NCBI GenBank assembly: GCA_963803155.1
Contig: CAWDMN010000059.1
Span: 99,603 to 163,602 of the forward strand
Length of the DNA: 64,000 nucleotides
Direction: 5' to 3'
Source: an uncultured Acidobacteriota bacterium
Lineage (GTDB): Bacteria; Acidobacteriota; Terriglobia; Versatilivoradales; Versatilivoraceae
A program made the translations under genes and the position numbers. Positions 60,601-64,000 of this stretch are shown here, piece by piece. The notes below the pieces were generated by a model. It was not told the origin of the DNA. It worked only from the letters and a program-made list of their open reading frames with translations, and ran no database searches. Positions within the stretch are counted from its first letter, which is position 1. Every line of letters begins with the position of its first letter.

Positions 60601-60933
60601 GAATTGTGCTATGGGCCTGTATCAGATCCTTATCCCCGGTTGATTTCCCTTCTCGACTGGTATTGGAGAGGTCTCCGGCTCCCACTTCATTTTTTCCCCG
60701 AATCTTCACTTGAATTCATGAAAGCCGCAAAAGAGGGAAAATCCGAAGAGGCTGCCCTATCGGCCGCAAGGGAGCGTTGGGAGAAAGGGGGCTTTCGCCA
60801 GGAAGCTGAAAGAGAATCGCCATATAACCATCTCGCTTTTGGCGAATCGGATCCTCTTGATAAAGAGTTTATCCAAACCACTCAGGAAATTTTTGGCCCG
60901 TTGATGGAACATGAAGGCAAGGGAACCGGCTGA
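57688..60933 (+). CDS. recC: Exodeoxyribonuclease V gamma subunit RecC
   Basis: 1081 aa. The N-terminus MAGFHIYHGNCTEKLVDCLAEIV..PLLDPLAPEIIMIQSQGMEKWL is the characteristic RecC start. Followed by recB. Confidence 0.75.
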   Translation: MAGFHIYHGNCTEKLVDCLAEIVSIPLLDPLAPEIIMIQSQGMEKWLNRELSKRLGVWANPYFPFPKKFTEDILRLVFPDRPNSSQFNPEMMAWRLMSTLVDERRLELFEPLWNYLGEERDCLKLFQLSLKIALLFDQYLVYRPAMLLDWEAGHEENWQAGLWRRLTTGTPEFHRAVVFGKFLDLAQAGRLNLPGLPERVSLFGISSLPPLYLQFFSALANEMDVHLFFLNPCQEYWGDQISEKEKARQLKRRGGDRLKLEEEYFRTSNSLLASWGRSGRDYLNLLIDQGASFDDSLFEEPRGESLLQELQSDLLHLREQCLEVPRRKILESDRSLQVHSCHSPLREMEILQDHLWDMFEQLPGLEPHDILVMTPDIETYTPYIHAVFGGGRPGRTRIPYAVADRQSRQESPIITAFLKILELAQSRFEASAVLSLLDNPAIRRRFGLEAGDLDKIYRWIRETGIRWGFDAADRERAGVSPFAENSWQFGLQRLFLGFALRGNGEKLFDEILPFDDMEGGQSLLLGRFVEFIQELFQTVRGLDRQRRLGEWDAELSRILGRFFAPDDQLEREYQLIRSALEDLSRFQDECSMQIPLDLRTVRHCLERTLEARSLGWLFLSGGITFCALLPMRSIPSRVIAMVGLNHDTYPRSNRTLEFDLMAISPKPGDHSPRDEDRGLFLETLISARERLYLSYCGQNPRDNNETPPSVCIDELLDYVRKNFDPPAGFQSTEAYLKVQHRLQPFSPAYFSGLPRFFSYSEENCQALQARASAIWQPVPFVTQPLEEPSPEWKFIQLEDCLRFFRGPAEYFLRNRLGIDLRRERELLEDREPFELDSLQEYVLKAQLLEEAPESSDYDHLFGLVRQQGLLPIGTPGHVALGKIRHKVTLLKARIKKHQQIPALPPLEIVLELNGFKIAGRLPNCWKSGHLRYRPASIKAKDRLCAWIEHLLLNCLAPADYPRHSFLIGEKEELCYGPVSDPYPRLISLLDWYWRGLRLPLHFFPESSLEFMKAAKEGKSEEAALSAARERWEKGGFRQEAERESPYNHLAFGESDPLDKEFIQTTQEIFGPLMEHEGKGTG

Positions 60934-60965
60934 CAATGTTAGAACTCATAAAATAATTTCCGACC

Positions 60966-61024
60966 AACAATATTCCCCCCTTGGGACTCTGAGTTGTGCC
61001 ACGTAATTTTGACACTGGGGGGGG
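60966..61024. repeat. Hairpin with poly-C/poly-G arms (C6 ... G10) in the recC-recB intergenic region
   Basis: tattccccccttgggactctgagttgtgccacgtaattttgacactggggggggggaagcg; the C-run and G10-run are complementary. Confidence 0.8.
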
Positions 61025-61070
61025 GGAAGCGAGGATGGGACGGGATGGATCGCTTCTCGCGGCATCTCAT

Positions 61071-64000
61071 ATGAATTTGAAAATTAAAACACAAGAAACA
61101 CCGCCGGCATTCTCCCTGTTTGGCACGCCGATCGAGGGGCGGCATCTGATCGAGTCCAGCGCGGGAACGGGAAAGACCTATACCATCACCTCGCTCATGC
61201 TGCGGTTGTTGCTGGAAAAAAGAACATCCCTCCAGAGCATTCTCATTGTGACTTTTACCAAAGCCGCCACTGAAGATCTCAAAAAGCGGGCCCGACGCCG
61301 AATCATCGAGGCCATCGACACCTTTGAACAAGGGCCGGGCAAGGATGAGTTCTTGAATGAATTGCGCCTTCGGTGGGAAGGGACGGCTGCCGCGGCCACG
61401 CGAATCTTAAAGGATGCCTTGCTGGCTTTCGACGAAGCGGCAATTTTTACGATTCATGGTTTTTGCCAGCGGGTTCTCGCGGACCATGCCTTTGAAAGCC
61501 GGTCTCTTTTTGACACGGAGGTTCTGACTGACCAGAGGCAACTGCGACAAGAAATCGTTGACGACTATTGGCGTTTGAACATGCTGAAGGCTTCTCCGAT
61601 GTTTGTGGATTATTTCCTCAGCCGGGAGGACGGGATTGATTCACTGCTATCCTTCGCCCGCCTCGCACAGCGTGGCCGGGACATGCGGGTGATTCCGGCG
61701 GTTTCGCCCATGGATAGGGCCGGATGGGAGCGGGAAGAGAAGCCCTTTCTGGAAGGCTTCTTTCGAATCCAGACCGTATGGAAGGAAGGGGAACCCGCAA
61801 TTCGGGAGATGCTGCAAAGTGAAAAAATCAAGGATCAACTCAATCAAAAATCCTATGGCCCGGCGCAGGTGGCGCGTCATATGGCGGAACTGGAATCGTA
61901 TTTGAATGCTCCTCCCACGTTGTTCACCGCGGAAAAGGGAGAAAAATTGGCCGCCAGCAATCTGGAAAAGGGGACCAAAAAAAATGCCGCGACGCCTCGA
62001 CATATCCTTTTTGATTTGTTGGACCAGCTTCTCTTACAGACCTCCCATTTGATGGAATTCTACGAGCAGCAGCGGCTTGCCTTCAAGGCGGGATTGCTTG
62101 AGTTCATTGGTAGAGAATCCAATCCGCGAAGGCTGCAACAAAACGTCAGGACTTTCGACGACTTGCTGGCTGATCTGGAGGAGGCGCTTCGAGGCCCAGC
62201 GGGCGAGGTGTTGAAGAAGGCTCTCGATAAGCGTTACCAAGTGGCTTTAATCGATGAATTCCAGGATACGGATCCTCTCCAGAATGCCATATTCAACAGG
62301 CTTTTCCATAATGAGGGCCAGGCTCTCTTTCTAATCGGCGATCCCAAGCAGGCCATCTACAACTTCCGCGGGGCGGATATTTTCAGTTATCTGGCGGCTT
62401 CACAAACCATGCCGAACCGCCATTCTCTAGGGAAAAACTGGCGATCTTCAGAATTGCTCATCCGGGCAATCAATTCTCTTTTCGGGAAAGCTTCACTCCC
62501 CTTTATTTTGCCGCAAATTCCCTTTGTTCCGGTGGAGGTGGGCAAAGAAGAAGCCAATCGAGGGTTGCTCATCCATGATCAACCGGACCCATCACCAATG
62601 AAGGTGTGGTTTCTCGAACGTCCTCCGGATGAAGATTCCAAGTTGATGCCGAAAGAAAAGCCTCTCATCCTCATCCCCTCTGCCGTGGCGGAGGAAATCA
62701 CGCAACTGCTCAATGCGGGACAGCAAGGTAGCTTTCAAGTGGAGGGAAGCCCGCTGAAACCCGGAGATATCGCGGTATTAGTGCTGAACAACCAACAGGC
62801 CCAGGAAATCCAACAAGCCCTCTCCGCCGTCAGGATCCCCAGCGTCCTCTACACTACCGGCAATGTTTTCCAAACGAAAGAAGCCATGGAGGTGGATCGG
62901 GTACTCTCGGCTATTCTCGAGCCTTCACGAGAGCGGCTGCTGCGCGCCGCCCTGGCCACCAGCCTGCTGGGAGCCAATGGAGATGAAATCGTTTCCCTGG
63001 AGCAAAAAGAAGAAATTTGGGAAGAGCGGCTTCAACGGATGTTTGAGTATCGGGCTCTCTGGGAAAAAGAGAGTTTCATTGTCATGGCCCGGCGTTTGAT
63101 CGGACAGGAAGCAATTTGTTCCCGCCTGTTGATTTATCCTGATGGGGAGCGCCGTTTGACCAACCTTTTGCAATGTGTCGAGTTGGTTCAACAGGCCTCC
63201 TCCGAGCAGCACCTTGGACTGGAAGGAGCTTTGAAGTGGCTTCGATCCCGGATTGCCGAAGGCCACACGGTCCCTCCAGAAGAGCATCAAACCCGGCTGG
63301 AAACTGACGAGCAGGCCGTGAAAGTGGTCACCATCCATCGCAGCAAAGGGCTGGAATATCCCATCGTTTTTTGCCCTTATAACTGGTACATCAGGGAAGA
63401 TCGGGGGGAGGATGAGATCCTCTTTCACGCTTCTGCGGCGAGCAGCCAAATCACGCTCGATTTGGGTTCCCCCCAAATGGCCAATCACCGTGAAAAGGCA
63501 AAAGAGGAAGCCATTTCGGAGAATGCCCGGCTTCTCTATGTCGCGCTGACCCGCGCCAAATATCGCTGCTATCTGGTTTGGGGAGCCATCAGCAATGCGA
63601 GTCGATCCGCGCTTTCGCTGCTGATTCACTCTCCAGAAAGTCAGGGTGAAGAGGGATGGCTGGAGGCTTTCCCCATCCAATTTAAGCAGATGTTGGATGA
63701 GCAGATCCGGATGGACTTGATGGGACTGGCAGAGCGCTCGTGCAATGCCATCCAGATCCTTCCTTTCCCCCAACCGACACGGGAAAAATTTGCGCCTCCC
63801 GCGATCCCTCCCGAAAGATTCACCTGCCGCACCTTCAAGGGAGATATTCCCTCCGATTGGGGGATCGCCAGTTTCACCAGTTTGGTTTCGGGCAGGCGCG
63901 AAGTCCGCGAAAGCGCGGACCGGGATGCTCAAATTTCATTGCCCAGACAGCCCTCTTCTCTTTCCCCGGCCGAATCCGCCAAGACAGGCGCGGAGAGTTA
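61071..64000 (+). CDS. recB: Exodeoxyribonuclease V beta subunit RecB (helicase/nuclease), 3' end beyond the window
   Basis: ATG at 61071. MNLKIKTQETPPAFSLFGTPIEGRHLIESSAGTGKTYTITSLMLRLL (helicase motif I), FTKAATEDLKKR, IHGFCQR. The frame has no stop to 64000, so it is missing from the ORF track. Confidence 0.8.
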   Translation, partial: MNLKIKTQETPPAFSLFGTPIEGRHLIESSAGTGKTYTITSLMLRLLLEKRTSLQSILIVTFTKAATEDLKKRARRRIIEAIDTFEQGPGKDEFLNELRLRWEGTAAAATRILKDALLAFDEAAIFTIHGFCQRVLADHAFESRSLFDTEVLTDQRQLRQEIVDDYWRLNMLKASPMFVDYFLSREDGIDSLLSFARLAQRGRDMRVIPAVSPMDRAGWEREEKPFLEGFFRIQTVWKEGEPAIREMLQSEKIKDQLNQKSYGPAQVARHMAELESYLNAPPTLFTAEKGEKLAASNLEKGTKKNAATPRHILFDLLDQLLLQTSHLMEFYEQQRLAFKAGLLEFIGRESNPRRLQQNVRTFDDLLADLEEALRGPAGEVLKKALDKRYQVALIDEFQDTDPLQNAIFNRLFHNEGQALFLIGDPKQAIYNFRGADIFSYLAASQTMPNRHSLGKNWRSSELLIRAINSLFGKASLPFILPQIPFVPVEVGKEEANRGLLIHDQPDPSPMKVWFLERPPDEDSKLMPKEKPLILIPSAVAEEITQLLNAGQQGSFQVEGSPLKPGDIAVLVLNNQQAQEIQQALSAVRIPSVLYTTGNVFQTKEAMEVDRVLSAILEPSRERLLRAALATSLLGANGDEIVSLEQKEEIWEERLQRMFEYRALWEKESFIVMARRLIGQEAICSRLLIYPDGERRLTNLLQCVELVQQASSEQHLGLEGALKWLRSRIAEGHTVPPEEHQTRLETDEQAVKVVTIHRSKGLEYPIVFCPYNWYIREDRGEDEILFHASAASSQITLDLGSPQMANHREKAKEEAISENARLLYVALTRAKYRCYLVWGAISNASRSALSLLIHSPESQGEEGWLEAFPIQFKQMLDEQIRMDLMGLAERSCNAIQILPFPQPTREKFAPPAIPPERFTCRTFKGDIPSDWGIASFTSLVSGRREVRESADRDAQISLPRQPSSLSPAESAKTGAES

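Overview
This is a 64-kb window of moderately GC-rich bacterial chromosome. The gene content is most consistent with an Acidobacteria-like soil heterotroph. That reading rests on an SBBP beta-propeller repeat protein, a ~1280-aa CarboxypepD_reg/TonB-dependent receptor, a sulfatase-like–TPR fusion, and many Tat- or Sec-exported carbohydrate-active-enzyme-like proteins.

Gene content is mostly ordinary.
- Positions 1–9 kb carry a DUF362-like protein, a PQQ-like propeller protein, an M1 metallopeptidase and an SBBP protein.
- Positions 16–39 kb form a polysaccharide-utilisation block: GH36-like, a large glycoside hydrolase, BNR/Asp-box paralogs, sulfatase-like–TPR, a TonB receptor, a GH88/105-like hydrolase and a DMT transporter.
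- Positions 39.8–43.9 kb hold a LacI-regulated non-phosphorylative sugar-acid module: an enolase-superfamily dehydratase, an SMP-30 lactonase and an SDR dehydrogenase.
- Positions 44.6–64 kb hold housekeeping genes: a URO-D-family protein, a Gfo/Idh/MocA oxidoreductase, tRNA-Sec, a NUDIX-like protein, an enoyl-CoA hydratase, an OPT transporter, a split zwf, recC and the start of recB.

I found no CRISPR array, no obvious defence island, no prophage and no clearly novel multi-gene system.

The sequence not explained by genes is an unusual density of repeat and mobile-element scars.
- An intact REP-associated tyrosine transposase (RAYT) lies at 13570..14523, bracketed by ~28-bp inverted REP-like repeats.
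- A degraded RAYT pseudogene has had its promoter and 5' end tandemly duplicated as a 195-bp unit.
- A truncated paralog of the M1 peptidase 3' end sits beside the RAYT unit, with a 4×34-bp junction repeat.
- There are two copies of a ~215-bp MITE with ~30-bp terminal inverted repeats. One is fused in-frame onto the 5' end of a gene.
- There are two further MITE-like or hairpin elements, dispersed heptanucleotide (GGATGAR)n microsatellite blocks, and G9–G13 homopolymer tracts.
- Two single-T frameshifts in T-runs split a URO-D-family gene and zwf.
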